Positions 38,500 through 51,484 of a DNA stretch of 64,000 nucleotides are shown here, piece by piece. Each line of letters opens with the position of its first letter. Positions within the stretch are counted from its first letter, which is position 1. The translations under genes were made by a program, and so were the position numbers. Source of the stretch: Chrysemys picta bellii (taxonomy: Eukaryota); assembly GCF_011386835.1 (NCBI RefSeq), contig NC_088793.1, forward strand, positions 115,692,001-115,756,000. The letters are read 5' to 3'. A model generated the notes under the pieces. It was not told where the DNA came from, searched no databases, and worked only from the letters and a program-made list of their open reading frames with translations.

Positions 38500-39510
38500 A
38501 CAGCCTGTGCACTAGGCTTGCTGGCCTTCAAGTGAAACCTGCTGCAGGGCTATGAAACTGGAACAGATTGCACTTATTTTCCACCCTTTTTGCCTTGCAA
38601 ATGCACAAACCTTCTGAGAATGTGTACTTTTTTACTTGTTTATAAATAGCCTTGATGTCACATTTTACTTTAATACTCAGCTATTTTTCTGGCTCCAGGC
38701 AACTGTTGGCTTGTAATTCCCAAGAGAAATGACAGTGAAATGAAAGCCCTGTTAATCTGAAGGTTATTTATCAGTATCCTGAAGGTTACTGTAGGTTGCT
38801 GAAGTTCACTTTTCATAATCAAGAATAAAGAAACATATATTTTCTTTGACTTAATGCTCCTGGGCTCAGGAGGCAGGAAGCGTATTATGCAAGGAAATAC
38901 ATATTTTCCAGGGCCTGGTCTTTTGATGCAGCATCTAAGCTTAAACAAAAGCCACAATCTATGTTAGAAGAGGAAGAAAGCGTGATGCAGAAAACACTGC
39001 CAGTGGCATAGCCCGTCTGCATTCTTTGTGCACCCAAAATCCCTATTGAAGTTAAGGAGAGGTACGCAGGGTTGGATCCTATTGAACTAGAAAACCCGGA
39101 AGTATGTGGCTTTCAAGAAGAATATTGCTGATGACAAACAAAATACAAGTACTATAATTAGAAACTGGGACTGGGAGAGAGACAGGACTTGGACAAGGTT
39201 TTTATAAATGGGCTTCAGAAAAGCCCTCATTGACTGAAAATGAATTTGAGTCAAAGCCTATTGAAGACAATGGAAAGTGCCTTGGATCAGGTCCTAAATG
39301 CACCAGCCTGCTAGGTGCTGGTGAACTTCAGCTGCCACTGAAATAATTGAACTCAATGGGAACTGAAAACTTCTAACACCCTGTAGAATCCTAGGGTGAA
39401 TGTTGGTAACTATCCATTTCTCCTTCAAGCCAGAACCTGACAGAAAATAATTCTGTCAATTATTAACTGAATTGTCTGCAAAAGAAAAGTTTAAATGTGG
39501 CTGTGCCTAA

Positions 39511-39795
39511 GGCTTGGTCTACACTACCCCCCTAATTCGAACTAAGGTACGCAACTTCAGCTACATGAATAACGTAGCTGAAGTCGAAGTACCTTAGTTC
39601 GAACTTACCTTGGTCCACACTCGGCAGGCAGGCTCCCCCGTCGACTCCGCGGTACTCCTCTCGCCGAGCTGGAGTACCGCAGTCGACGGCGAGCACTTCC
39701 GGGTTCGACTTATCGCGTCCAGACTAGACGCGATAAGTCGAACCCAGAAGTTCGATTGCCAGCCGCCGAACTAGCGGGTAAGTGTAGCCAAGGCC
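39511..39795. mobile_element. Young CpG-rich Harbinger-type MITE (285 bp) with three internal hairpins
   Basis: TIRs GGCTTGGTCTACACT / AGTGTAGCCAAGGCC; flanks TAA/TTA; perfect 15-, 10- and 19-bp stems. Confidence 0.85.
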
Positions 39796-42700
39796 TTAGA
39801 ACCTACATGATGCTTGCAGGTAAATGAAACAGAAAGCTCAGGCCTGAGCCTGTACAGTTGGCTGGTAGTGCCAATTTGCTTGCATGGAGTCAGTGGCAGT
39901 ATCTGAGCCTTAGGGAAATACTAAGCAATGATAATGCCGTAGTTTATCATCCGATATTATATTCCTATATCTGAATGCATTAAATGAATCTGAACTTGTA
40001 CTTGTCAATGCATTTTGACTAAGTGGCAATTTCCATTTTTTTCTTTATGTTTTGCAGATGAAAAAAATAAAGCTGATTAAAACACACAAACCAAAACCAA
40101 AACTAAACAAACAACAAAAAACTCAAACAAACTTGGATACAAGTATGAAAATATGAGACCCCAGTCCTGCCAGCAGGCAATCCCACATGAAGCCCCTTTG
40201 ACTTTAATAGAGTCACTCCGTATGGAGTCACTTGTAGTATAGAGCCCTAAGTTAATCAAAGTTAAAATTAACTACTTGGAAATAAACATTGGCAATATTC
40301 ACAGAACTGCTAAAAATGGGTGTGTGGGGGTGTGTGCATTCTTCCAAACCCACTCATAAGCATGTAATTGAAGTTAAAGGAATTACACTGGAGATGAATT
40401 TAACCCATTAGCTCAGATGCTGCTAATTAATTCCCTCAAGACAGCATTATCTCAAAGTGTCCTTAATGTGATATTTATTGGGGATATTTATTTCTTCTGT
40501 AGTGATTTCAAACCCTTTGTATAAGAGATTTCTCTCCATCTCTGATAGAGCTTACTTATATAAAGTGTTGTGTATTTTTTCTACTTCTGCCACATAAGTT
40601 TCCCATGAAAATTTGCTCCAATTGTTTCTGCAGTCAAAGGCTGGTGACATACTGTATGTCATATAGAATTGTTATATATAGGTTTGTTGTTGTGATTGCC
40701 TTTCTGGTCCTAATTCTGATGTCATTTACATGTTACACCCCCATTACAAGTTGCAACATATATCCATAACATGGCCCTGTAGCAGCAATTATCATCTTTA
40801 AAATGAAACGGGAGATCTCTTTATTAATACAATATGATACAGTACAGGCAAAATCCCCCAAAGTAGTATTTAATCATAGCACTCTAGGTGCTATGCTAAT
40901 TGCAGTCCATTTTATAAAACTCTCAGCAAGGTACAATACATTTAATAGAAAGTAGAAAAATTATCAGGTGAGTCACTCATCTCAAATTATTTTTAATTCC
41001 TAATGATTTAGGGCACATCGATGAGTATAGAAAGAGAAGGAGAAGTTAAGTAAAACTTTCCATTGCATTGAGGCTCACAATAAATGTCTACCACAAGGTG
41101 AAAAATTATTCTGAACTAAAATGACCTGTTGGCCTCCTACACAAGGATCCAAACCACATATTTATGGGATGATTCAGCTGCACTAATTCACAGTTTATTA
41201 GCTACATTGATCTCCTTATCCCTCAAGAGAAAGGAAAAGAAATAGAGGGACATTAAGAGAAGACATGGAATTAATAGACACTGGAAACTGTCAGAAAGGT
41301 TACAGCAAGCACCTGGGGAACCCAGTAAGATGACAATAAGTATGCTTTTTTATCCAGTATTTAAGAGGTCAGCCTGTTAGCACTCATTGAGCCAGTTCAT
41401 GGAAGACCTTCAGGACTGACTAAATCGCAAGGATGTCTTGACTCCTTTGAGATCATAAAATATACTCCACATACTCACCCAGGGAACAGCAGAAATAACA
41501 AGAGCTTAGTTTGTACATATGACATTTACTTCATTGCAATTTTGTTACAGCAGCACATGCTCTTATGACAATGATACTGTATTACTGCAATTCCTATGTG
41601 AGAGGGTTCTCAGCAAGGTTTCTCCAGCACTTGGAAACTGAGCAAAAGGCAGCAGCACATTTGCTTGCTGGCTTGAGCTTTTAAAGCCTGTTAAAGCCTG
41701 CTCTATATTCTTGACACTTTACACTGCCTGCCTAGAAAGTAGCAGGTTGACTTTGAATTTTTGAAGCCCTTGATGTTGCAGTCCCCAAACTCTCTCTGAA
41801 ACCTCCTCATTATGCTCCGGCTACGGGTCAATCCTCTTTCATATAATGCAAACATATATGAAAATGGCACAAATCAGCTCTATACAAGAATTTAAATCCC
41901 CTTATTCCCTGGCTGTTGAAGCAACTGTCAGTAAGGTAGAAACAGAGGAAATGTGTCTTCTTGCTCTTAGTACTATGTAGCAAATGGACTGAAGGAACTT
42001 AAAGATATTCCTAATGAACATTTTACTCCACAGTGTTGAAATTCCTGCTAGCAGAACTTCATAGGAATCTGCAGAAAATTGTTTGCTTCCTTTCACTGGT
42101 GACTGGCCTATCTGTCATTTGTGCATCTCACCACTCTCTCAATCCATGCCCAGTTCAATTACTGGTGTGTCACCCATATCTTGGGCCCGAGGGTGACATG
42201 TTCTCATGTGCTGCTGTAGTCTGTGGGAGGAAAGATAAAGCCAAAATTCAGGCATCAAAACTCAGTGAGGAAAAGGAAAATATATAATTTTGGTCCCTAA
42301 TAACCATTATTAGGCTCCATGGAAACAGAGTCCTCAACATCTCTGTAATCAATGTGGACAGAGATTTTGCTTTTTTTTTTTCTTTTGTTTTCTTTTCTGA
42401 AAGGAGCCATATGCTGTCATAAAATAGTTAACCGCCTAGGCATAAGAAGTGAACGTTAAAATAATTAAATATTTTATAAGATGCATAGGGCCCAGCCTGC
42501 ACTTTTTACTCAGACAAAACTTGCATTAAGTAAGACCACATCCTTATGGAGTTAAATAGGCACATGCATTAAATATGTATATTAAACTGGACCTTTGTGA
42601 AAAGCCTGCTGTAGACTCTCTTTCCTTCTGGGATGATATTGCTCTAGTTCATTATGTACTGTAGGGAAGTAACTTCATTGGGTTATATTCCTAGAAAGAG

Positions 42701-43636
42701 CATAGTAATTTTCGCAACTCAGATACTTTTTTAGCTCAGCAGCTGTTCCAAACGTCAGGCTGTTGATGTCCGATGTTAATTGGTAAGCACTTGTGAGGAA
42801 TATACAGAAAGAAAAACTAATCTGCCTAATAAAGCTGCATTTGCTTCTTGAAGTGAGGGGGATTAAATAAGCAAGTGCAGTAATGAAGGGGTGCAGTGAC
42901 TTACAGAAAAATCCTAACTTTTAGATTACCAAAGACAATGGAGTTTTAAACCATGTTTGATGAGCTATCTTTCCAGCTGTTGGATTGCCATGGGCTGCTT
43001 TCCTATCACTCTCTCACTCTGGCAATCTGACACTCTCGCATTAAATTTAGCTCTTGATCTTTGAAATAAATGTCACCATCGTGTCTAATTTACTACTGTG
43101 TTACTCCAGTTTCATGCTGGTATAATTCCACTGATTTCGGGGGGTTACACCAGGAGTAATGCAGTGGTGAATCAGGGTTATTATAGGTAAGACCATGCAA
43201 ATTCTAAATTAATAAATCTATTGCATCAGAGTCTCAGCAGGTGTAAATCAACATAGCTTCATTGACTTCAATGCCAATTTACACCAGCTGAACATCTGCC
43301 TCATTTTTGGTAAAAACTGAAATAATTTCTTTTTACTCTTATTTTAAAAGTTGTTAAGTTCAGAGGCCTTCGTAGAAAATGTCAGCTCTCCTTCCCGAAA
43401 GTCTTACAGGGTACAGGTTATTCCAGGGCAGGGCAGGACAATGCGTGGTAATGGAGAGCATCTACTTTTAAAGGAAAACGGAATAATATCTGGTGAGTTG
43501 CTCCTCTCATATTGGTCATGCCAAAACCAATTAACTTCAAATGCTTCTTTTTGCAACTGCATATTAAGTGTAAAATGGAGTTTGGGTATTTGCTGCATAT
43601 AGGGGCTGTAGATGGAGCTGTGACTATCCACACTAG

Positions 43637-43775
43637 GGGCTTTCACTCTATGCATCCGAAGAAGTGAGGTTTTTACTCACGAAAGCTTATGCCCAAATAA
43701 ATCTGTTAGTCTTTAAGGTGCCACCAGACTCTTTGTTGTTTTTGTAGATACAGACTAACACGGCTACCCCCTGAT
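43637..43775 (+). mobile_element. Penelope-like element 3' end (pLTR-only insertion, ~140 bp)
   Basis: Homologous to the pLTR of 60622-61496 (...GAAAGCTTATGC...TTAGTCTTTAAGGTGCCAC...GACTAACACGGCTACCCC..GATAC); 14-bp direct repeat ACTATCCACACTAG on both sides. Confidence 0.88.
43652..43692 (+). ncRNA. Minimal type I hammerhead ribozyme motif, U4C core variant
   Basis: GCAT-CCGAAGA-A-GTGAG-gttttta-CTCAC-GAA-AGCT-T-ATGC: helix I GCAU/AUGC, perfect helix II, palindromic AGCU in place of helix III. Confidence 0.6.
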
Positions 43776-44140
43776 ACTATCCACACTAGCTGTCTCATAG
43801 TTTGGAAAAATAGAAAAATTGCCAACTGTTGATTAAAAATGATGTACATATTATTCAGTATTCATTGGCTGTTTTTGATTCATTTAACCAGATGAATGAG
43901 AACAAATAACATTAAACAGAGAAAACTATTTGAAATAGCATTGCCAGTAGCTAGACTTTTGATATTTTATTGGACAAAGGAGTCCAATGTCAAAGTGGGT
44001 TTGGAGAATAAATGTACAGAATCTATTGAAATAGGTTCTCTCTTATGTGACCCAGGGAGCCCTCAATGAAAATTGGCAGAGGGCACACCATACCATAACT
44101 CTCTTCAGACCTGACATACTAATTGCCCACAACTCTCTGT

Positions 44141-45180
44141 TGTCATAATCTGTATCTAAAACACGTAGTGTAAGGTGTCATATACAAACTGGCAACATGC
44201 TAGTCATTAATGTTGTGTGATGTATGTATGGGCAGTGTATAAACAATTATAGATGTGTGTTGGAAATATGTTCCTAAAATTTGTTTGGCAGGCAGAGCCA
44301 AAGCCCAGCCTGTGCTAGACAAAGGAATGTTGTTTTGCAGGCTTGACTGTGTCTCCAGTGTAAATTGAGCAAGGGGAGACCAAAGAAAATGAAAAGCACA
44401 CTTACAAGTAAGGTTAAATGAAGCCATCGGGTGAGGAGGGGAAGATGGCCACTTAGCAATCTTGATGGGGATGGAGATTTCACCCCGGGAAAGCCTGCCT
44501 GCCCCTTGATACAGAGTCAGTGAGATTTGGGAAGATATAAGCAGAAGCAAAAAGCCATTTTGTCATCCATCACTGAGGAGACAATAGGATACAGCAGCCT
44601 TTGAGTCTATGAAAGTTGGGTCACCTGGTCTGAAGGACTAGGGATGCCAATATCTTTATATAAATAAGTAAATTGCTCAGGTAAAGATTGCAACGCAGTA
44701 TAATTAAGTTTTAATCACTAGAAAGCGTGTTTTGTTTGGTTTATTTCTAAGCTTTCCTCTCCCTTTCATTCTTACTTGTAATCACTTAACCCTATATTCT
44801 TTGTTAATAAACTTATTTTTGTTTTTATTACATAACCATCTCAGTGCTGTATATTAAACCGAAGTGTGGGTCTTGAGCCAAACTACCAGATTAGTGTGTG
44901 CTCTGTCTCTTGGGAGGCAGCAAAGATGATAACTTCTGTGAGTGTCCTGTGAGAGGCACTGGACACTGCAGGGAGAGGGTTTGGGGGAGACTCAGGCCTG
45001 GAAGAGCTGTTGGTGTCACCCTGACAGGACTAGCCAGGCTGGTGGAAGCCAGGGTGCTGTGAGCAGGCTGCTGGTCTCAGGGCTCTGAGCCAAAGCAGCA
45101 CAGCACAGAAGCAACCAGGGTTACAAGGCAGGCAGTGACACAACCCGCTACTGGTCTGGGTGAAATCCCAAAGCTTATCA
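44141..45180 (+). mobile_element. Solo LTR (~1.04 kb)
   Basis: TGTCAT...ATCA ends, TATA-like GATATAAG near 44535, AATAAA near 44806, GC-rich U5-like tail; TSD not resolved. Confidence 0.6.
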
Positions 45181-45444
45181 TTATCTATTAATTGAGAAGT
45201 CAGCCAGAGACATTTAGGGGCATGGCATAAATATTTGAACTTAAATTGAACGTAATTTCCTTTATTGGTCCGTTTTTTATATCTGTGGTTGGGTGTAGCG
45301 TTCTTGGTTCATTGTAATATAAAAATAGGGTTATATTTATAAAATAAGTAAAAGAATGACCTTAGCAAAGCTACTTATCTAAGAAAATGCAAAAAAAAAA
45401 TGTTTTAAAATTGTTTCTGTTCCCACACTTTTAGGGAACATTGG

Positions 45445-46047
45445 TGTGGAGGGGAAGATCCCACCCCAGTCAGGAAGGGGTTAAAAAGCTGGTGCACCTG
45501 TGAGGCCTGTCAAGCCTGGAGATGGGCTGGTCCTTAAACAAGCGGATCCCTGCTCAGTGCAGTGTGGCACTCAGAGAAACAGAGCAACTATTCCCTAGCC
45601 CCACAGAGCCGGGGAGTGGCTTACCAGGAAAGCTGCTGAAGAGCCTCTGCTACCTGGACCCTTTGGAGAGGTAGAGGGACCCTCTTTACCTTGGCTTCCT
45701 TTTTATTAGAGGCCAGGGTACTCAGCCTGAGCCCCTCAGACACACACTGGCTAGGAACCTAGACTGTTCACAGACTATTTATTGTTTGCCTGGTGGGGAG
45801 CAGTGGGGTGAGCCTGGGTTGCAGGATTATTTTGTTTGCCCTTTTCATTTAGACTGCAGTCATCCCCAGATGCGGGGGGGTGTGTGGGGGGGAGCTACCT
45901 CCCTAATGCATACAGCTGGAGGCTGCACTCTGTACTCGGGTGGCTCCTGCAGCCAGAGGAGGACATCTGAGGTCACAGGGGTGCTCACCTTCACCCCAAG
46001 GGGGCACCCTCCAGATATAACCCAGGACAAATGGACACAGGTTACTA
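45445..46047 (+). mobile_element. Probable LTR fragment
   Basis: TGTGGAGGGG start and GGGGTTAAAAAG motif shared with other LTRs here; boundaries uncertain. Confidence 0.4.
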
Positions 46048-47314
46048 TGCAGTCAGAAGGCATCCCTAAGCTATAAGTAGAGCTGTTTTTTTTTTTAACC
46101 AACACACACTGATAAAACACTCTGTTACAAAAAGGTGTGTGTGGGGTGTGTGTGTGGTGGGGGTGGAGTGGGGTGGTGGGGGTGGTTATCCAATAGAAAA
46201 ACCAATGGAAATGTTTACTTGTATCGAAGGGCTTGTCTATATGGGGCAAGCAGTAATGTGGAGCTTGTGAGTATGATTTCTAAAGCACACTAATGTGTTG
46301 TGCATTAATTGGTCTGTGTAAATCCTGCCATTGTGCACTAAAGGTTCCTTAGTGCACTTTAACATTATGCTGTTTGAAACAGTACTACCTTTAAACACAC
46401 CAGGGAACATTACAAAGAGATTACTCATTACAGTAATATGTACTATAATGAGTAATGTATCTAATATACATTATATATACCATGAACAGTAAAGGCAAAG
46501 CCCTGAAAACCTCTTATTTTTGAACATACCCCGCCCCAAATGAAATTAATAAATTGTCCAAAACGGAAGTCCTAGCTATAAAGAAATTGCAGCTATTTCT
46601 TTTGAACTGAGGTGCACAGCGTATTGATGACAAGTAATAAATATGTTCCATTTTAATCTTACTTGATGTAGCGATACTTCTGATTTCCAATTGTGGATTC
46701 TCTAATACCTTCTCATCCATGAGCTGTGCTTGTACAAAGGAGCTAAAAGTGCCACTGGTTTATTTGTATGTTAATAGAACTCCCTTCCAGCCAGGTGTTA
46801 TCTGGAATCATTTGCAGTATGAAAAGAAAGCTTATTAAACTTTATGCAAGAAGTTTTGTTAATTCGTATTGTCAGAAAACAACGAAGAAAGTTGTCACCT
46901 CAAAGGCGGAGAACTTGCTTTTTAGAAGAAAGCTTTTTATCAAAGTCTTGTTTGAACCCAGCATATTCATGTAAATTGGGGAAACTCCATTATTATGCAG
47001 AATGAATCCTAATCATATGCCAATATGTGTCTAATACCAAGGAAGGTCCACATTGTAATGTGGTTCCTTCATACCTGATGAAATCTTAATCAAAAGCTAT
47101 TGTGTGTGATAACTAGTGACATTTTTACAGCAAAAACTGTTTGAAGTGTTTCCTAGACTGACCGCATCCTACAAGGAGCCCTGATTATCTCCATGACAGT
47201 GAGTGCAGGGAATAGCCTCAGTTGTGGAAGCGGTGAAGTAAAATTGCTTTCAGTTACTTATATGGTCCACGTCAACATAGTATTATAACCTCAATGTATT
47301 CTCACTACACTCTG

Positions 47315-47425
47315 TAAGGCAGATATTATCCCCATTTTACAGATGGAGGACTGAGGTGCCGTGACTCAGTTGAAACACTCCAGCAGTTGGTAGCACAGCC
47401 AGGAATCGAACATAGATCTCCTAAA
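47315..47425 (-). mobile_element. MIR-like CORE-SINE fragment
   Basis: ATTATCCCCATTTTACAGATGG...ACTGAGG core and GGAATCGAAC (reverse B box). Confidence 0.6.
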
Positions 47426-49299
47426 TCCCATAATTCCCTTCTGTCTTCATCACATATCTAATGCTAGTGTATAATACTAGTTTATTAATGGTCCAACAAC
47501 AACATGTATAAAGCACTCCTTTTCTTGTACAAATATCAACATTTAAGTGCCATTTTACTGTGGCATACTAACAGTCCAACTGGACTTTTTTCAGCTAAGA
47601 ATTTAACATTTACTTTAATGGCATATGCTAAATGATTGACAATTTTAATTAAAAGCAAACAGTGGAATTCTCAGTAGATGTTGAAAGCCAGATGTGAGAT
47701 GTAGCTACTGCCAAAAAGGGGGAGAATAAGTGACATCTTAGATTTCTCCAAATATTAAGTCTTGTTTTTCTTATGATTGGATACAGCATGAATAAAATGC
47801 TTTAGGAGAGTTAATATAGAGGGGAAATGTATTATGACTTAAGTATAAAAACACGAAGGACCCAGATGTTAGTAAACCTTATGTGAGACTTCAAGAAGTT
47901 AACTATAATGGCAGCAACACTGAACTGAAACTGAATCAATGCTACATTTGTCAGTACTCATTTCATCAATTAATTCCCTTAGGTAAATGTAGTGCTCACG
48001 TAAAGTGTTAGACATCCCTGCAGAGTGAAGTCTTATTTTTCAATAGAAGAGGTACAGTGTGGGCAGCAATTTCCCAGCACGGCTTCACTAAAGTGCAACC
48101 CTCAAATAACACTGTCTTTTAATGGGTGTGTTAACTGCTTGAGAGGCAATCCCTGTAGAGCAACCAGCTTCGTCCTAACTGGTCTTCCTGTGTTCATGAC
48201 AAATTAGCCCAGTCCATCAATTTAACTTAAAAGAAATCAATCAGCCCTTCAACTCCAGGGCTTGCAGTCTTACTTTGTCTCCCTGTCAGATTCTTAAAGG
48301 CAGTCTGGTGTAGGGCTGTTTCCCCTCCACTCTTCCAGGCCTTTCTGCCTTCCCATCTCTCTCTGTTCTCCTTGGTCTTATAGTTGGGCTTGTTTTCCTT
48401 ATTGGTCTCAGCTGGGGGTCCCTCATCCATGCCTTCATACCTGGCAGTTCTGGCATATGTGCTGGGGTGTGGTCACCCTGGTTATCTGTAAGCAGGGAAG
48501 TATCTCCTCTCCCTTCTGCCTATGCTCAGTGTGGGGTTTGTAAACCCTATTGCAGGGCGACAAGGTTAGTTTTGTTTCCATGCCCATTCACAAGTCTAGT
48601 TTCTCTGTTGAAAGTGCCATCAAGGGTGGCAGTTCATGGCAAATGTGATGCATATCAGTTCATCAGGTGCTAGACTGGGACAATCAAAACATTTCATGTA
48701 TGCCACTGAATAACAATTTAATAGGAATGATCTTTGGTCACTGTGGAAAGGGGCTGGATTCAGACTGGGAATCCAGTGCATTCACACAACTTATTAAATA
48801 CTGGATCTGGAAATCATTAGCATTTAAAAACTATATTGGAAATCCTTTTTTGAAAAATGCATGCCTTAATTGACATGGGATTTTGTCAGTCATGAAGCTC
48901 ACTTTTCATCTAATTTGCCTGCGTGGGAGAGAGTTCTATTTTGCCACCATATCACTGATGAATAATGTTACTTACTTAAAAAAAAATCTGACTACTTTGG
49001 AGAACTCTGAAGTCAACACAGATTTTTTATTATAACTGCTTTAGACATGACACTTAAAAAAAGATTGTAATAAAATTCTTCAGTCAAAAGCTCCCTTCCT
49101 CTGGGCAGGTGAAGGTCCACAACCACATTACTTGACATGAAACCTGCCAACAGAAAATATCAAAATTCTGCACAGTATTAAGCATATTATTAATCTTTTG
49201 GGTTTTGATTAATTCACAAATTTAATAATACTTTGCATTTATATTACAATGTGTGTATATAAGGATCATAAAACACTTTACAAATATTAAGCCTCAATC

Positions 49300-49440
49300 A
49301 CAATGTTCCTGGGAAATAGAGTTAGTACTATGATAGTCTTAACAGATGGGGCAAAAAGAGAGGCACAGAGAATGTAAGTGATAGACCCAAGGTCAGACAG
49401 TGAGTTACTGCAAAGCCAGAAACAGAACCCAATACCCCTA
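49300..49440 (-). mobile_element. MIR-like CORE-SINE fragment
   Basis: ACAGATGGGG...GAGGCACAGAGA...CCCAAGGTCA...AGAACCC pattern. Confidence 0.55.
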
Positions 49441-50424
49441 ATTGTGCATGTTATGTCCTAAGCACTACACAATATACTTCTTCCAATTAAAAAGATCCTA
49501 AAAAGCATGAGGCCCACTGAAGAATCCAGCAAATACTGTAGAAGGCCAATGTTAAACTTGGGTATGTCCCACAAAGCAAAGTGCATTGCTAGCATGTTGT
49601 AGTTATACGCAGTGGCTTACTTCCATTGCTATGACCGAAGTCTGCATTTATACTAAAACAAAAGAAGTTAAGAAAAAACAGATCCTCAGGTTTTGATGCT
49701 TTTAGGGGCATTCAAATAATAAAGACACCCCGGTTACCAGTCAGATATGCAACGTTATAATCCAATATAGCACCTTCACTTCCTGAAACAGGTCTTTACT
49801 CAATGAACTGTAGGGAACAATTTCACTATCTCAGCCAATAGAGGGAACTGCTAGACATATTTTAGGAGCTGCTCTATCATTCATCAAGTAGAAGGGCAGG
49901 GTATACCTGCATATAAACCCATGCTTCACTGTGCACTTGTATACTGGTTATGGTTTTAAGATTTCCGTTTCTCTAATATTAAGGATACAGGGACAAATTC
50001 TTTCCTGGTGTAATTCCATTTCCTTTAAAGGATTTACGCCACAGAGGAATCTGGCCTAGTGTGTTTTTTGGTAGGTGAAGAGATACACCAAATTCAAGTC
50101 TCTTTTACAGCCATCTACTAACCTTGAACTCACCCAGTATCCTCTTACATATTTCATCTGAATTTGGTTCAGGGAGTCTAAGTTAGTTTAACTTACAAGT
50201 TGAGGTATCAGAAGAGCGAACCCAACAAGAAAAGCAACTAACAAGAGGGTGTAAGTATGTAAATTAAATTACTTTAATTACACCTTCTTTAGCTCCTTGG
50301 TGGTTAAATTACATCAATATAACTTCCCTTACATGTACACATCAATAAGCAGGTGTAGTTAGGTCTAAAAAGGCGTGGGCTACTGTAAAGCACTCTAACT
50401 TATACTGGCTCTTCAGCTGGCCAC

Positions 50425-50800
50425 CGGCAGGGGTTAAGAAGGGATTCCTCCACCCCCCAAATGTAGCCTAGAAGGTTTTTTATTTCCTTCCTCTGAAACA
50501 CCAGGGATGACCACAATTGGGGATGGGACACTGGGAAGGGTGGGCGGGGCTCTGGGGTGGCATTGAGCATTCTCTCATGTGCTTGGCTGGCTGGTTCTTG
50601 CTCACGCTAACATGTTCAGGGTCTAACTGATAGCCATATGTGGGGTGAGGAAGGAATTTTCCCCCAGGTCAGATTGGCAGTGACCTTGGGGATTGTTCAC
50701 CTTTCTCTGCAGTGTATGGGTGCAGGTAACTTGCCAGGACTATTTCCCTGTCATTGCAGGTGCCTTGAGCACTGATGAATTTCAGTCCCTCCTAGTCTCT
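50425..50800 (+). mobile_element. CR1-type long 3' UTR fragment
   Basis: Contains GGAAGGAATTTTCCCCCAGGTCAGATTGGCAG..ACCTTGGGG, which I recognise from turtle CR1 tails. Confidence 0.5.
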
Positions 50801-51101
50801 GCCTGTGACACACAATCTCTCAAACATCTACACTGATTGTCAATCCTAGGTTAAGAATTTTCCAATTGGAGTGCAAACATGGGGCTCCAGCATTAGCACC
50901 ACAGTACGCAGATCCAAGACCAACCAGCCATATCCCAGACTTCCTAGCATCCTCCCAAAATGTGGCTGCTCTAGCCCTTTGTTTGTGGTGCAGTGTGGGA
51001 AAACTTGACCGTCCACCAAACTTGACTGTCCAGAGGACAAAGAAAGTAGGTCCATAAGTTCTAGGATACTTTTGGTGGACTCCCAGCATACAAGCCAAGT
51101 G

Positions 51102-51297
51102 GGGCTGTTTCTACACTGCAAAACAATAGAGCTTGAATGCTGGGTCTAACTTGACTCAGGCTCAAATCCTCCACCCCTGTGGGGTCCTTTGACCCTGGAT
51201 CTGAGCCCTGGGTTGATGCGATTTGTGTGCAGATCAAAGGGTGTTAGGCTTGAGCCCGAGTTCAAACCCTGGGCTTACAGTGCAGTGTAGACATAAC
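51102..51297. mobile_element. Harbinger-type MITE
   Basis: TIRs GCTGTTTCTACACTGCA / TGCAGTGTAGACATA. Confidence 0.65.
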
Positions 51298-51484
51298 TCA
51301 AAAGGTACATAATGTTCACAGTGAAAAGCAAAATTCCTCAACATTCAGTGGTTTCATAATTCATTTGCCACATCACCATTTTTCACTTGAAAAGGAGTCC
51401 ATTCTAAATAAGCGCATCCCAAATTTCCAAGTTCGCAGTCTGAAGTTCAAAATGGGAGTTTTTGCATGTTCAAAAATATTCTCT

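Noticed and set aside
46421-46455. AT-rich 15-bp hairpin (TTACTCATTACAGTA...TACTATAATGAGTAA) as a miRNA precursor
   Set aside because: Stem too short for a pre-miRNA and adjacent to MITE debris.
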